This document shows, one piece after another, positions 1 to 10,094 of a stretch of DNA of 64,000 nucleotides (positions within the stretch are counted from its first letter, which is position 1; every line of letters begins with the position of its first letter). Source of the DNA: Arcobacteraceae bacterium (GTDB lineage Bacteria > Campylobacterota > Campylobacteria > Campylobacterales > Arcobacteraceae); NCBI GenBank assembly GCA_963662945.1, contig OY759974.1, forward strand, positions 64,001 to 128,000. Reading direction: 5' to 3'. Position numbers and translations under genes: made by a program. The notes beneath the pieces were generated by a model. That model saw nothing but the letters and a program-made list of their open reading frames with translations. It ran no database searches and was not told where the DNA came from.

Positions 1-599
1 TGGTTGTTAAGACTAATATAGATATTTCAATAGAAGAGCTTAAAACACTTGTAAATTCAAAAGCTAAATGGATTTTACAAAAGTTTGAAGAAATAGGGCA
101 GTCAATAGATTATGGAAAAATTGTAACTGGTTCAAGACTTTTTTATATGGGTAAAAGCTACTATATAGAGCTTTTAAAAGAAGATAGAATAGATTATAAA
201 ATAGATTTTATTCACTCAAAATTCATAATAACAACTCCTTTAAATGTTGAACAAACAAAAATAAATGAAACTATTGAAAACTTCTATAAACAAAAAGCCC
301 AAGAAAAAATCACTAAATTAGTAAATAAATATAGTGATATTATGAAGCTATATCCTGTAAAACTATATTTTAAAAACTTTAAAACAAAATGGGCTAGTTG
401 TTCAGCTTCAAATAAAATATCTTTTAATCCTGAAGTTATGAAATTATCCTCTTCACTAATCAAATATGTAGTTATTCATGAATTAGCACATATCCAATAT
501 AAAAATCACTCTAAAGATTTTTGGAATTTAATTAAAAAAACAATGAGTGATTATCAAAAGAAAGAAGAGATTTTAAGAGGTTTTGAAAAAAAACTTTAA
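1..599 (+). CDS. YgjP/DUF45 (M48-like, SprT-like) zinc metallohydrolase, 5'-partial
   Basis: Frame is open from base 3 (VVKTNIDISIEELK...KAKWI). Motifs KWASCS and YVVIHELAH...NHSKDFW are typical of DUF45/YgjP. Confidence 0.85.
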   Translation, partial: VVKTNIDISIEELKTLVNSKAKWILQKFEEIGQSIDYGKIVTGSRLFYMGKSYYIELLKEDRIDYKIDFIHSKFIITTPLNVEQTKINETIENFYKQKAQEKITKLVNKYSDIMKLYPVKLYFKNFKTKWASCSASNKISFNPEVMKLSSSLIKYVVIHELAHIQYKNHSKDFWNLIKKTMSDYQKKEEILRGFEKKL

Positions 600-603
600 A
601 TCT

Positions 604-2028
604 TTACGCACTTAATGTTTGATGCTCAAACAAAGCATAATCATCAGTCATACCACTTATATAATCACAAATTAATCTTGCTCTATAATACCACTCTAAA
701 AGTTTATAATTATCTATATCAGTTATACCACTTACACTTTTTTTATAAGCTACAAGATGTTTTTTGGAAAGTCGAGAGAGTAAATTTTGACAAATAGCAC
801 AATCCACCCTTTTATCAGCTAACAATAATTCAAACTCTTCATTACTAAGCTTTAAAAGTGGCTCATAAATATCAAATAAACCTTGGATGATAGCATATCC
901 CTTTATCTCCAAAGCTTGTACTTGTTTGTGAGTATAAATATATCTATAAGAGATATTTTTGAGTACCTCTACAGCTTGTGAACATTCATGGGCTTTGTCG
1001 TGTTCTAATAATGCGTTATTAAAAGAACCATCAAAGATTTGCTTATGATGTTTGATATATAAATCAGACACATAGTTTACAAGTTTAAAGATAAGTTGCG
1101 CACGAGTAAGTGTTAGAAACATATTGAACTGATATGGTTCATCCTCTTTCTCTTTTGCTTTTTTATAGTTTTTTTCCACCACATCTAAAAGCATAGTTGT
1201 ATCTGTACCATATTTTTTATTGACTCGTTTTGTTTCATCAACTATAAGTTCATAAATTTTCTCTAAAGTTAAAATACCTTTATCAACAGCATCTTCCATA
1301 TCAGCACTCAAATAAGAGATATCATCAGCAGCTTCCATGATATAAGTAAGTGGAAATCTATGCCCATGTTCTATTTTTAAAGCATCTAAAACAGTATCTA
1401 CAAATTCTTTCTCACTATAGTAATACCCAGCTTTCTTTTTAAGATAAGAAAGTGATTCATCACTAGACTTGTCCTCAAAAGCACCCCTTGTGTATTTTAA
1501 CACGGAAGCTGTTTGTGTATATGAGAGATTAAGTCTTTGTAGTTTGTGGATGATTCTTATAGCTTGGGCATTGCCATCATAAGAGGAGAGATCTTTTTTC
1601 AATAGATTTTTAAGTGTGATATCTCCTCCTATATTCATAAAGTATTTATCACACACTTTCGCCATCCATTCATTGATAGCTGTTTCTCCAAAATGACCAA
1701 AAGGTGGGTTTCCTATATCATGAAGTAAACTAGCCATCTCTGCTGTTGATACAAAAGCATTTTCCATCTCAGCAAGGTTTTTATCATCAAGTTTTTTTAA
1801 TATAGTTTTAGCGATAAATCGCGATGTTTGAGATACTTCAAGAGAATGGGTAAGTCTACTTCGTATAGCTGCATTGAGTTCCAGTGCAAATACTTGTGTT
1901 CGTTTTTGAAGTCGTCTAAAAGATGGTGAAGAGATGATACGACCTCTATCACTTTCAACTGACCAATCAAGGTCAAGTATTGGATAAAATTCTCTGTGTG
2001 TTGTTAGTTTTGTTGTGTAATCTTGCAT
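604..2028 (-). CDS. dgt: deoxyguanosinetriphosphate triphosphohydrolase (dGTPase)
   Basis: SDRGRII..SFRRLQKRTQVF, RSRLTHSLEV, LLHDIGNPPFGHFGE, EAADDISY, DYISGMTD. Confidence 0.93.
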   Translation of the reverse strand: MQDYTTKLTTHREFYPILDLDWSVESDRGRIISSPSFRRLQKRTQVFALELNAAIRSRLTHSLEVSQTSRFIAKTILKKLDDKNLAEMENAFVSTAEMASLLHDIGNPPFGHFGETAINEWMAKVCDKYFMNIGGDITLKNLLKKDLSSYDGNAQAIRIIHKLQRLNLSYTQTASVLKYTRGAFEDKSSDESLSYLKKKAGYYYSEKEFVDTVLDALKIEHGHRFPLTYIMEAADDISYLSADMEDAVDKGILTLEKIYELIVDETKRVNKKYGTDTTMLLDVVEKNYKKAKEKEDEPYQFNMFLTLTRAQLIFKLVNYVSDLYIKHHKQIFDGSFNNALLEHDKAHECSQAVEVLKNISYRYIYTHKQVQALEIKGYAIIQGLFDIYEPLLKLSNEEFELLLADKRVDCAICQNLLSRLSKKHLVAYKKSVSGITDIDNYKLLEWYYRARLICDYISGMTDDYALFEHQTLSA

Positions 2029-2032
2029 ATTT

Positions 2033-3517
2033 TTACTCTTCCATATTTTCTATTTGATCAACCATCGCACTATCAACAATATCTTGACTGATTTGTTTAG
2101 ATGGACTTATGCTTGATTTTTCTTTGAAAACCTCGATTTGTCGTACTATATTATCTTTTCCTGATGAAAGTTTTTTATAAGCATCATCGTATGATTTTTG
2201 TGCTTGAGTTAAATTTTTTCCAACCTTTTCAAAATCCTCTACAAAAGTTCTTACCTTACTATAAAGCTTCTCTGCTAGTCGAATAACTTCTGTTGTACTT
2301 TGTGCTTGTTTTTCATATCTCCAACTATTTTCAACTGCTTTAAGTGCAACTAAAAGTGTAGTAGGAGAAACCAAGACAATCTTCTTTTTAAAGGCTTTGT
2401 CAAATAGACCTTTATCACTTTCCATAGCTAGCATTAAAGCACTCTCTATAGGGATAAACATAAAAATAAAGTCTAAAGTATTAACCCCCTTTAACTCTTC
2501 ATATCTTTTGTTTGAAAGTGAGTCTATGTGGGTATTTATTGATTTGATATGAAGTGTTAAATAGTTCATCTTTTCTATTTCATCTACAGATGAAACATAT
2601 TGTTCATAGTTGGTCAATGATGTTTTTGCATCGATGATAACTTGTCTATCATTTGGTAAATTCACTATCACATCTGGACGGTATTTTTCCCCATCATCAT
2701 TTTTAAGTGTTGTTTCTCTTATATACTCTTCACCTAGCCGTAAACCAGAGCTTTCTAATACTTTTTCCAGTACCATTTCTCCCCAACTTCCCTGGGTTTT
2801 GTTTTCCCCTTTTAGGGCAGTTGTGAGGTTTTGTGCATCTTGACTCATCTTTTGATTGAGTTCTTTTAATGTTTTAAGTTCATGAGACAATAAACTTCTA
2901 TCTTTTGCCTCTTTATCATATACATCTTCCACTTTTTTCTTAAAATCTTGAAGCTGTTGTTTCATAGGATTAAGTATCAAGCTTAGGTTTTGAGTATTTT
3001 GTTCACTAAATTTTTTACTATTATTATCTAATATCTCATTTGCTAGGTTTTTAAACTGTTCTTTTAGCTTTTCTTCGTTTTCTTTTAGGTCTTTTACTCT
3101 TTCATCCATAGCATTTTTTTGTTCACTAAGTTGTGTTTGAAGTTGAGAGATAAGCTCTTTATCTTTTGTTGAGTTTGATTGCAAAGTTTCAAAAGCAACT
3201 TTAAACTCTGTTACCTCTTTAAGAATCTCTGCCATTCTATTTTCTTTTGCATCTAGAGAGGTTTTATATTTTGAATTTTCTTCTTTCAAAGTTGAGATAT
3301 AGCTAGTTTGCTTTTTATATTCATCTTCTAATTGTGAGTATTTATCATGGAGTTCTTTTAGAGTTGCTGTTCTTTCAACAAGAGTAGCAATATGAAGTTC
3401 ACTTTGTTGTAAATTTTCTTGTGATATTTTATATTCTTTTTGTAGTTTATTATTTTTATATACTAAAAACCCTACAATAATTACACTAATGCTAGCTAAA
3501 CTTATCAATTCTATCAA
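2033..3517 (-). CDS. rmuC: DNA recombination protein RmuC
   Basis: N-terminal TM and coiled coil, QGSWGEMVLE, RPDVIVNLP, IIDAK, LVSPTTL. TTG start with AGGAG RBS. Confidence 0.92.
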   Translation of the reverse strand: MIELISLASISVIIVGFLVYKNNKLQKEYKISQENLQQSELHIATLVERTATLKELHDKYSQLEDEYKKQTSYISTLKEENSKYKTSLDAKENRMAEILKEVTEFKVAFETLQSNSTKDKELISQLQTQLSEQKNAMDERVKDLKENEEKLKEQFKNLANEILDNNSKKFSEQNTQNLSLILNPMKQQLQDFKKKVEDVYDKEAKDRSLLSHELKTLKELNQKMSQDAQNLTTALKGENKTQGSWGEMVLEKVLESSGLRLGEEYIRETTLKNDDGEKYRPDVIVNLPNDRQVIIDAKTSLTNYEQYVSSVDEIEKMNYLTLHIKSINTHIDSLSNKRYEELKGVNTLDFIFMFIPIESALMLAMESDKGLFDKAFKKKIVLVSPTTLLVALKAVENSWRYEKQAQSTTEVIRLAEKLYSKVRTFVEDFEKVGKNLTQAQKSYDDAYKKLSSGKDNIVRQIEVFKEKSSISPSKQISQDIVDSAMVDQIENMEE

Positions 3518-3589
3518 AATAAACTCCTAAATTAAATTCTTTATATTTTATCCAAGATAGTTTAAAATTAATAAGATATAATTAACACT

Positions 3590-3835
3590 ATGAGAATAGA
3601 TAAATTTTTAAATGCAGTAAATATTACAAAAAGAAGAGCAATTGCTGAAGATATGTTGGCACATCAAGTTGTTTTTATAAATGGTTCACCAGTAAAAAAG
3701 GCAAAAGAGGTAAAAATAGGCGATATTATAGAGGTAAAATACCTTGAATATACAGATAAGTTTCAAGTATTGCAAATACCAAAAACAAAATCAACACCAA
3801 AAGCTAGTCAAAGCGAATATGTAACAAAACTATAA
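3590..3835 (+). CDS. S4 domain RNA-binding protein (Hsp15/RqcP-like)
   Basis: MRIDKFL...KRRAIA...V.ING..KKAKEVKIGD. Confidence 0.88.
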   Translation: MRIDKFLNAVNITKRRAIAEDMLAHQVVFINGSPVKKAKEVKIGDIIEVKYLEYTDKFQVLQIPKTKSTPKASQSEYVTKL

Positions 3836-3841
3836 AGGGAT

Positions 3842-4825
3842 ATGATGTTTAATAAGGCACGATTAAAATTTGATGATATATTTGAAAATAGAATTCAACC
3901 AGAAGAGGTAAGAAAATATTTAATTGAACTTTATGAAAAAGGAGAAACAGCTGGAGAAATTGCAGCTGCTGCAACTGCTATGAGAGATCATATGATACCT
4001 TTAGTTGTTGAACAGTCTCTTCAAGAACAACTTATTGATAATTGTGGAACAGGAGGTGATAAAAGCAATAGTTTTAATATATCTTCAACCGTTTCTATTG
4101 TATTAGCATCATGTGGATGTAAAGTTGCAAAACATGGAAACAGAAGTATTACTAGTAATAGTGGTAGTGCTGATATGCTAGAAGCTTTAGGGGTAAACTT
4201 AGCATTAACAACATCGAAACAAATCGAAATGTTAGATAAAGTTGGATTTATTTTTATGTTTGCAGTGAATCATCATCCAGCAATGAAACATATAATGCCT
4301 ATACGACATTCAATAGAACATAGAACAATCTTTAATATTTTAGGACCTTTATCAAATCCAGCAAGTGTTCATAAGCAACTGATTGGTGTTTTCAGTCAAG
4401 AATATGTACCTAAAATTGCAGAAGCCTTGACAATGCTTAATACAAAAAGAGCTATGGTAGTTAGTTCTGAAGATGGAATGGATGAGATTAGTATTAGTGA
4501 TGTTACACATTGTGCTTTTGTTGAAAGAGGGCAATTTAATGAATTTGTACTAGACCCAAGAGAATATGGTTTTGATTTGTATCCAAAGTCTGACCTTCTA
4601 GGTGGGGATGCTATAGAAAATGCAAAAATTACAAAAGGGATACTTGATGGTTCAATTACCGGTGCAAAAAAAGATATTGTTGTTTTAAATGCAGCAGCAG
4701 CACTCCTTGTAGATCAAAAAGTAAACTCAACAGAAGAGGGTATTGAGATGGCAAGAGATGCTATAAACAGTGGTAAAGCCCTAGCAAAACTTAATGAAAT
4801 CATAAAAGTAAGTAACGAAATTTAA
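3842..4825 (+). CDS. trpD: anthranilate phosphoribosyltransferase
   Basis: DNCGTGGD, FNISS, KHGNRSITSNSGSAD, RTIFNILGPL, DGMDEIS. Confidence 0.96.
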   Translation: MMFNKARLKFDDIFENRIQPEEVRKYLIELYEKGETAGEIAAAATAMRDHMIPLVVEQSLQEQLIDNCGTGGDKSNSFNISSTVSIVLASCGCKVAKHGNRSITSNSGSADMLEALGVNLALTTSKQIEMLDKVGFIFMFAVNHHPAMKHIMPIRHSIEHRTIFNILGPLSNPASVHKQLIGVFSQEYVPKIAEALTMLNTKRAMVVSSEDGMDEISISDVTHCAFVERGQFNEFVLDPREYGFDLYPKSDLLGGDAIENAKITKGILDGSITGAKKDIVVLNAAAALLVDQKVNSTEEGIEMARDAINSGKALAKLNEIIKVSNEI

Positions 4826-4828
4826 TAA

Positions 4829-5233
4829 ATGATTGCTACTTTAGATAATATTAGTGATATTGTACAATATTTAGATAAACAAATTGGTGGAAAAAATATT
4901 GTCGTTTTACTTCAAGGTGATTTAGCAAGTGGAAAAACAACTTTAGTAAAAAACTATGTGAAGGCACTTGGTCTTACTGATGTTGTAAATAGTCCAACAT
5001 TTTCAATACAATCTATTTATGGAAATAATATCTATCATTATGATGTGTATAACAAAACTTTAGAAGAATTTGTCTCTTTGGGATTATTAGAAGAGTTTGA
5101 AAAAGATGGTATTCACTTCGTAGAATGGGGTGATGAAAATTTAAAAAAAATTTTAGATGATTATGGTTTTGAGGTATTAGTTATCAAAATAAATAAATTA
5201 AATGAAAAAAGAGAGTATATAATTGGATCATAA
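4829..5233 (+). CDS. tsaE: tRNA threonylcarbamoyladenosine biosynthesis ATPase TsaE
   Basis: LQGDLASGKTT, SPTFS, HYDVY, VEW. Confidence 0.93.
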   Translation: MIATLDNISDIVQYLDKQIGGKNIVVLLQGDLASGKTTLVKNYVKALGLTDVVNSPTFSIQSIYGNNIYHYDVYNKTLEEFVSLGLLEEFEKDGIHFVEWGDENLKKILDDYGFEVLVIKINKLNEKREYIIGS

Positions 5234-5948
5234 AATAGAAGTAAAAAACATTGCAAAAATGATAAAAAAAACACAAATTTTGCATGATATTAGTTTAGAG
5301 ATTAGAAGCGGAGAAACTGTTGGACTACTAGGACCAAATGGTGCTGGTAAAACTACAAGTTTTTATATAATATGTGGACTTATTCAACCAACAAGTGGGA
5401 CTATCTCTTTTGATGGTTCAGATATCACACATCTTCCTCTTCACAAAAGAGCATTAAGAGGTATTGGGTATCTACCACAAGAGTCTTCAATCTTTAAAGA
5501 ACTAACAGTAGAAGAAAATCTTATGTTAGCAGCAGAAGTTTCAATTGACGATAAAAAGCAAAGATGGGAACGTGTTGAAGAGCTACTAGAGATATTTAAT
5601 ATTGAGCCAATACGACAAAGAAAAGGTATCAGTTTAAGTGGAGGAGAGCGAAGAAGAACAGAGATTGCACGAGCATTAGTTTCAAATCCAAAGTTTTTAC
5701 TTCTAGACGAACCATTTGCAGGGGTTGATCCAATTGCTGTTAAAGATATTCAAAGTATTATTAAACAACTAACAAGCAGAGGAATAGGGGTGCTTATAAC
5801 AGACCACAACGTAAGAGAAACACTTCAAATCTGTGACAAAGCCTATGTAATGAAAGCAGGGGCAGTACTAGCAAGCGGAACAGCACAAGAGATAAAAGAG
5901 AACACTGTGGTACGAGAACATTACTTAGGGAAAGATTTTACTTTTTAA
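5223..5948 (+). CDS. lptB: LPS export ABC transporter ATP-binding protein
   Basis: GPNGAGKTT, GIGYLPQESSIF, LSGGERRR, DEPFAGVDP, ITDHNVRET. Confidence 0.95.
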   Translation: MDHKIEVKNIAKMIKKTQILHDISLEIRSGETVGLLGPNGAGKTTSFYIICGLIQPTSGTISFDGSDITHLPLHKRALRGIGYLPQESSIFKELTVEENLMLAAEVSIDDKKQRWERVEELLEIFNIEPIRQRKGISLSGGERRRTEIARALVSNPKFLLLDEPFAGVDPIAVKDIQSIIKQLTSRGIGVLITDHNVRETLQICDKAYVMKAGAVLASGTAQEIKENTVVREHYLGKDFTF

Positions 5949-7096
5949 TTATTGTTAATTGCTTCTTGCATTTTAATAGCTTGATAGTGTTCTTTTACAT
6001 CGTGACACCTTACGATTGACGCACCTTTTCTCACACTGTCAAGATGAATAACTAATGTTGCAGGAAGTCTTTCTTCTGTTGGAGTATTTGGAAGAACTTT
6101 TTCTATAAGAGACTTTCTACTAGCTCCTATTAAAACTTCATAACCAAAATGTAAAAAGTGTTCCATATGTTTTAGAAGCGTAGTATTATGTTCTAAAGTT
6201 TTTCCAAAACCAATACCCACATCAAGAATAATTTTTTTAATCCCAAACTCTTTTGCTTTTTGGATTTTTTGTTTAAAAAAATTATCCACATCAATCATCA
6301 CATCTTCATAAGTTGGATTATTTTGCATATCTTTTGGATTGCCTTGCATATGCATAATAACTATAGTTGCATCATATTTAGCAGTTATTTTTGCAACTTC
6401 ATCATTTGCTAACCCTGTAATATCATTTACAATGGTAAAACCACTTTGAAGTGCATACTCAATAACACTTGGAGTATAACTATCTATACTAAAAATAGTT
6501 TTTTCATAAAGTTTTTTCTCTTTGATAAGGTCACAAATTGGTCTGAGTCTAGAAAGTTCTTCTGCTTCATCGACAGCATCACTTCCTGGACGTGTTGAAA
6601 CACCACCGACATCTATAATATCAGCACCATCTTGAATCATAGCTTCTATTTTAGCTATCGCATCATTTCCTTTGAAACGACTTTTGTCAAAAAAGCTATC
6701 ATCATTTGCATTGATTATACCCATAATTTTAGTTGAGAAATGAGGAGTATTTACAAAAGATTTTAACTCTTGTGCTAAATTTTTGAGTCCAAATGGTTGC
6801 GCTAACTCTTTTCGTGAAAGTATCTCAAAATGTTTTGTAGTTCCTACAAGTATAACATCTACAAATTTTTCACGAGCTACAATAACACCCATAGGTACAA
6901 GTAAGTCTGCCCCTACAGATAAAGCATCTTGTTTTAAAATATTTGCTGCACCAACGTGAAGATTTTTTATATATAGTAAATGTGATTTTGATTTTTTTGA
7001 GATAATTTTACAGCCAGTTTCATCACTACCTATGCTTTGAAAGAGTTTTAAAGTATTTTGAATATCACTTGGATTATCTAACTTATAAAATTCCAT
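5945..7096 (-). CDS. folP: dihydropteroate synthase with Campylobacterota N-terminal extension
   Basis: IMGIINANDDSF, GGVSTRPG, DVGIGFGK, GASRKS, RCHDV. Confidence 0.95.
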   Translation of the reverse strand: MEFYKLDNPSDIQNTLKLFQSIGSDETGCKIISKKSKSHLLYIKNLHVGAANILKQDALSVGADLLVPMGVIVAREKFVDVILVGTTKHFEILSRKELAQPFGLKNLAQELKSFVNTPHFSTKIMGIINANDDSFFDKSRFKGNDAIAKIEAMIQDGADIIDVGGVSTRPGSDAVDEAEELSRLRPICDLIKEKKLYEKTIFSIDSYTPSVIEYALQSGFTIVNDITGLANDEVAKITAKYDATIVIMHMQGNPKDMQNNPTYEDVMIDVDNFFKQKIQKAKEFGIKKIILDVGIGFGKTLEHNTTLLKHMEHFLHFGYEVLIGASRKSLIEKVLPNTPTEERLPATLVIHLDSVRKGASIVRCHDVKEHYQAIKMQEAINNN

Positions 7097-7097
7097 T

Positions 7098-7715
7098 TTA
7101 TCGTTTCGTCATAATATTTAATAGTAAAGAAGTCAATACATTTATAGGTCGAGAGTTTAACTCAAGTAATTTCATAGAACTACTAAAACTATGAAGTTGT
7201 TTTTCATTCAATTTAATACCATTTTTATTTACAGAAAAAATTATTGATTCAATTATCTCTTTTGCTTCATTTTTATTGATTCTCTGGTGATCTTTAAGAT
7301 ATTTATACAAATCTTTTAATTCTAACTTTTTTAAATCTAAGGAAAACTCTTGAATAGTTTTTTTTGTTTTTTGATATTTCACCTCTACTCTTGAAAGAAT
7401 TGTTGGTAAAATTGAACTTTTTGAGATAGTAATGATAATAAAAATAATATTCTTAGGTGGTTCTTCAAGTACTTTTAAAAGTGAATTTTGTGCCGGTATT
7501 CCAAAGGAATTACCACAAAGTAATATGTACTTTGTTTCACTTGTCGCTATATACGCTTCTTTAATAGCCTTTTTAGCTTCATCTATAAGAAATTCATTTT
7601 TCCCTTCTGTTTCATTTCTTATAATTCTCACAGAATGTTTCGGTAAAGTTGCACTAATATCTTCAAGTGATGTATCAATATCATTTACAATAAAAAGTGT
7701 CGATTTATTTATCAT
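7098..7715 (-). CDS. holB: DNA polymerase III delta' subunit (short Campylobacterota form)
   Basis: AQNSLLKVLEEPP and LPTILSR; conserved position between hobA and folP. Confidence 0.85.
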   Translation of the reverse strand: MINKSTLFIVNDIDTSLEDISATLPKHSVRIIRNETEGKNEFLIDEAKKAIKEAYIATSETKYILLCGNSFGIPAQNSLLKVLEEPPKNIIFIIITISKSSILPTILSRVEVKYQKTKKTIQEFSLDLKKLELKDLYKYLKDHQRINKNEAKEIIESIIFSVNKNGIKLNEKQLHSFSSSMKLLELNSRPINVLTSLLLNIMTKR

Positions 7716-8266
7716 TATTTATTTACATCAATTTGTGCACAAAGAACGGCATCAAGAGTTTTATTAAAAAGTCTGTACATATTTAGAAGTCTTATATCTA
7801 AAGCCTCATCATTACTATCAAGATAAAAACTATTTGATAATTCCTCATCCATAAGCCATAAAAATGGTTGTTTTGATATTTTTGCAAGAGTTGCTCTTTT
7901 ACTTCTACTTTTACCTATATACCAAAAAAAGTATCCATTTGGAAAAGAAGTATCAAGCATATCGTGTATAAGTTGTATATCATTTTCAGTTTTAATATTA
8001 TCAATATTAGAATGAAAAGAGTCAAAAGCATAAAATGGAAAGTAAGGACGAGCAAGTTTCTTTTTATTTATATTTGTAAGAATATATTTCATAAACCACT
8101 CATGCTCATCATCAGTAATAATAAGTACTGATTTACCTTTATCTATAATATTTGTTATAGTTTGAGATACTAGAGGAAGCCAATCAAATTTTCGCTCCTC
8201 TAGCCAAGCACCCAAAAGTTTATCACTTCGTATAGTATCCACAGTCCAATTTGTAAACTCTTGCAA
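7715..8266 (-). CDS. hobA: DnaA regulator HobA
   Basis: WLEERKFDW.PL and FWYIGK; lysC-hobA-holB synteny. Confidence 0.88.
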   Translation of the reverse strand: MQEFTNWTVDTIRSDKLLGAWLEERKFDWLPLVSQTITNIIDKGKSVLIITDDEHEWFMKYILTNINKKKLARPYFPFYAFDSFHSNIDNIKTENDIQLIHDMLDTSFPNGYFFWYIGKSRSKRATLAKISKQPFLWLMDEELSNSFYLDSNDEALDIRLLNMYRLFNKTLDAVLCAQIDVNK

Positions 8267-8275
8267 AAAAAATCC

Positions 8276-9487
8276 TTATTTATCTAGCTCATAAGCATCG
8301 TGTAAAGATCTTACAGCTAATTCTGCATATTTTTCTTCAATAATCATTGAGATTTTTATCTCACTTGTACTGATTATTCTTATATTGATATTTTCATTTG
8401 CAAGTGCAGTAAATGCTTTTGAAGCAACTCCTGTATGTGATTTCATACCAACACCAACAATAGAAACTTTACAAATAGAATCATTGTAATCTATTTTTTC
8501 ACTATCTTTTTTAAAGTTTTCCATAACTTTTTTAGCTTTTTCAACATCAGTTGTAGGTATTGTAAAATCTAGATTTGTTTTATTATCAAGTCCAACTGTT
8601 TGTACTATCATATCTACATTTATATTTGCATCTGCAAGTGCTGTAAAAATTGATGAAGCAATTCCTGGCTTATCAATAACTCCATACATACCAACTCTTA
8701 CTTGATTTCTATCAAGTGCAATACCACTAACTACTGGTGCTTCCATTATATTTTCTTCCTTTGTTATTAATGTTCCCTCGATTTCTGGGGTAAAACTACT
8801 TCGTGAAACTAAATTTACATTTAATTTTTTTGCCATTTCTACTGATCTATTTTGTAAAACCTTAGCCCCTAAAGAAGCTAATTCTAGCATCTCTTCATAT
8901 GATATTTTATCAAGTTTTTTTGCTTTTGGCTCTATTCTAGGGTCTGTAGTATAAATACCATCTACATCTGTATAAATCTCACATAAATCAGCTTCTAAAG
9001 CTCCTGCAAGTGCAACTGCAGTAAGGTCACTTCCACCTCGTCCAAGGGTTGTTACTCTAGCATTTTCTACACTTACACCTTGAAAACCTGCTACGATGAT
9101 GATTTTACCTTCTTTAATAGCATTTTGCATATTTGTAGTATCAATAGTTTCAATTCTAGCATAAGTGTGCTCAGAAGTAGTAAAAATACCAGCTTCTCTT
9201 CCACTCATTGAAGTAGTTTTGTATCCTTGCTCATTTAAAGCTATTGAAAGTAGTGCACTTGTCACTCTTTCACCAGAGCTTAGAAGCATATCTACTTCAG
9301 CTTCATTTGGAGTTTTACTATAATATTCAGCAAATTCTATAAGTTTGTTTGTTTCACCACTCATAGCACTTACTACTGCAACTATATCATCACCAGCATC
9401 TCGAAATTTTTTAATAATTTCTGCAACATTTTGGATTCTTTCAAGGGTACCTACACTTGTACCACCAAATTTTAATACTCGTAACAT
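8276..9487 (-). CDS. lysC: aspartate kinase
   Basis: KFGGTSV, TTLGRGGSD, YTDVDG, two C-terminal ACT domains. Confidence 0.97.
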   Translation of the reverse strand: MLRVLKFGGTSVGTLERIQNVAEIIKKFRDAGDDIVAVVSAMSGETNKLIEFAEYYSKTPNEAEVDMLLSSGERVTSALLSIALNEQGYKTTSMSGREAGIFTTSEHTYARIETIDTTNMQNAIKEGKIIIVAGFQGVSVENARVTTLGRGGSDLTAVALAGALEADLCEIYTDVDGIYTTDPRIEPKAKKLDKISYEEMLELASLGAKVLQNRSVEMAKKLNVNLVSRSSFTPEIEGTLITKEENIMEAPVVSGIALDRNQVRVGMYGVIDKPGIASSIFTALADANINVDMIVQTVGLDNKTNLDFTIPTTDVEKAKKVMENFKKDSEKIDYNDSICKVSIVGVGMKSHTGVASKAFTALANENINIRIISTSEIKISMIIEEKYAELAVRSLHDAYELDK

Positions 9488-9489
9488 TT

Positions 9490-10008
9490 TTAAATATAAC
9501 CTTCTTTTTTAAAATATTTTAATACTTTTTTATACACTGTTCTTTTGAAAAAAGTAATATAATCATGTAACTTTTCAGTTTTAACAAACTTATATTGACT
9601 AAATTCAGGAATTTTTGTTTTTATATTTATCTTGGCACCTTTTTTGAGTTTCACTAAAAAGTATTTTTGTGTTTGCCCATCATAAGGTGCCATTCTTGAA
9701 GCCACAGCAGGGGGAAAGTCATAACTTACCCACTGTGGAAATTCAGCAACAATCTCTACATCATTTGTACCTATCTCTTCTTTTAATTCTCGATATAAAG
9801 CTTCAACGGGTGTTTCACCTTTATCTATTCCACCTTGTGGAAACTGCCATGCATCTTCCACATCAATTCGTGAAGCAATAAATATTTCACAACTCGATGG
9901 ATAAGAAGAAGATAAAACTATTGCTGCTACATTAGGTCTATAATTCTTTTTTTTATTTACTCTTTTTAAAGGAACTATATCGTCGCTTTTTCTGGTTTTA
10001 TCTTCCAT
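9490..10008 (-). CDS. rppH: RNA pyrophosphohydrolase (Nudix)
   Basis: YRPNVAA, WQFPQGGID, Nudix box RELKEEIG. Start reassigned to ATG at 10008 (MEDKTRK) because the longer ORF overlaps hemW. Confidence 0.92.
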   Translation of the reverse strand: MEDKTRKSDDIVPLKRVNKKKNYRPNVAAIVLSSSYPSSCEIFIASRIDVEDAWQFPQGGIDKGETPVEALYRELKEEIGTNDVEIVAEFPQWVSYDFPPAVASRMAPYDGQTQKYFLVKLKKGAKINIKTKIPEFSQYKFVKTEKLHDYITFFKRTVYKKVLKYFKKEGYI

Positions 10009-10094
10009 TAAATAATTTACCTTATAATTTCTAAGAAATATCAACTGTGAAGTGATATTGTATATCGCGATGATATCATAAGGATGCTTTAAAT

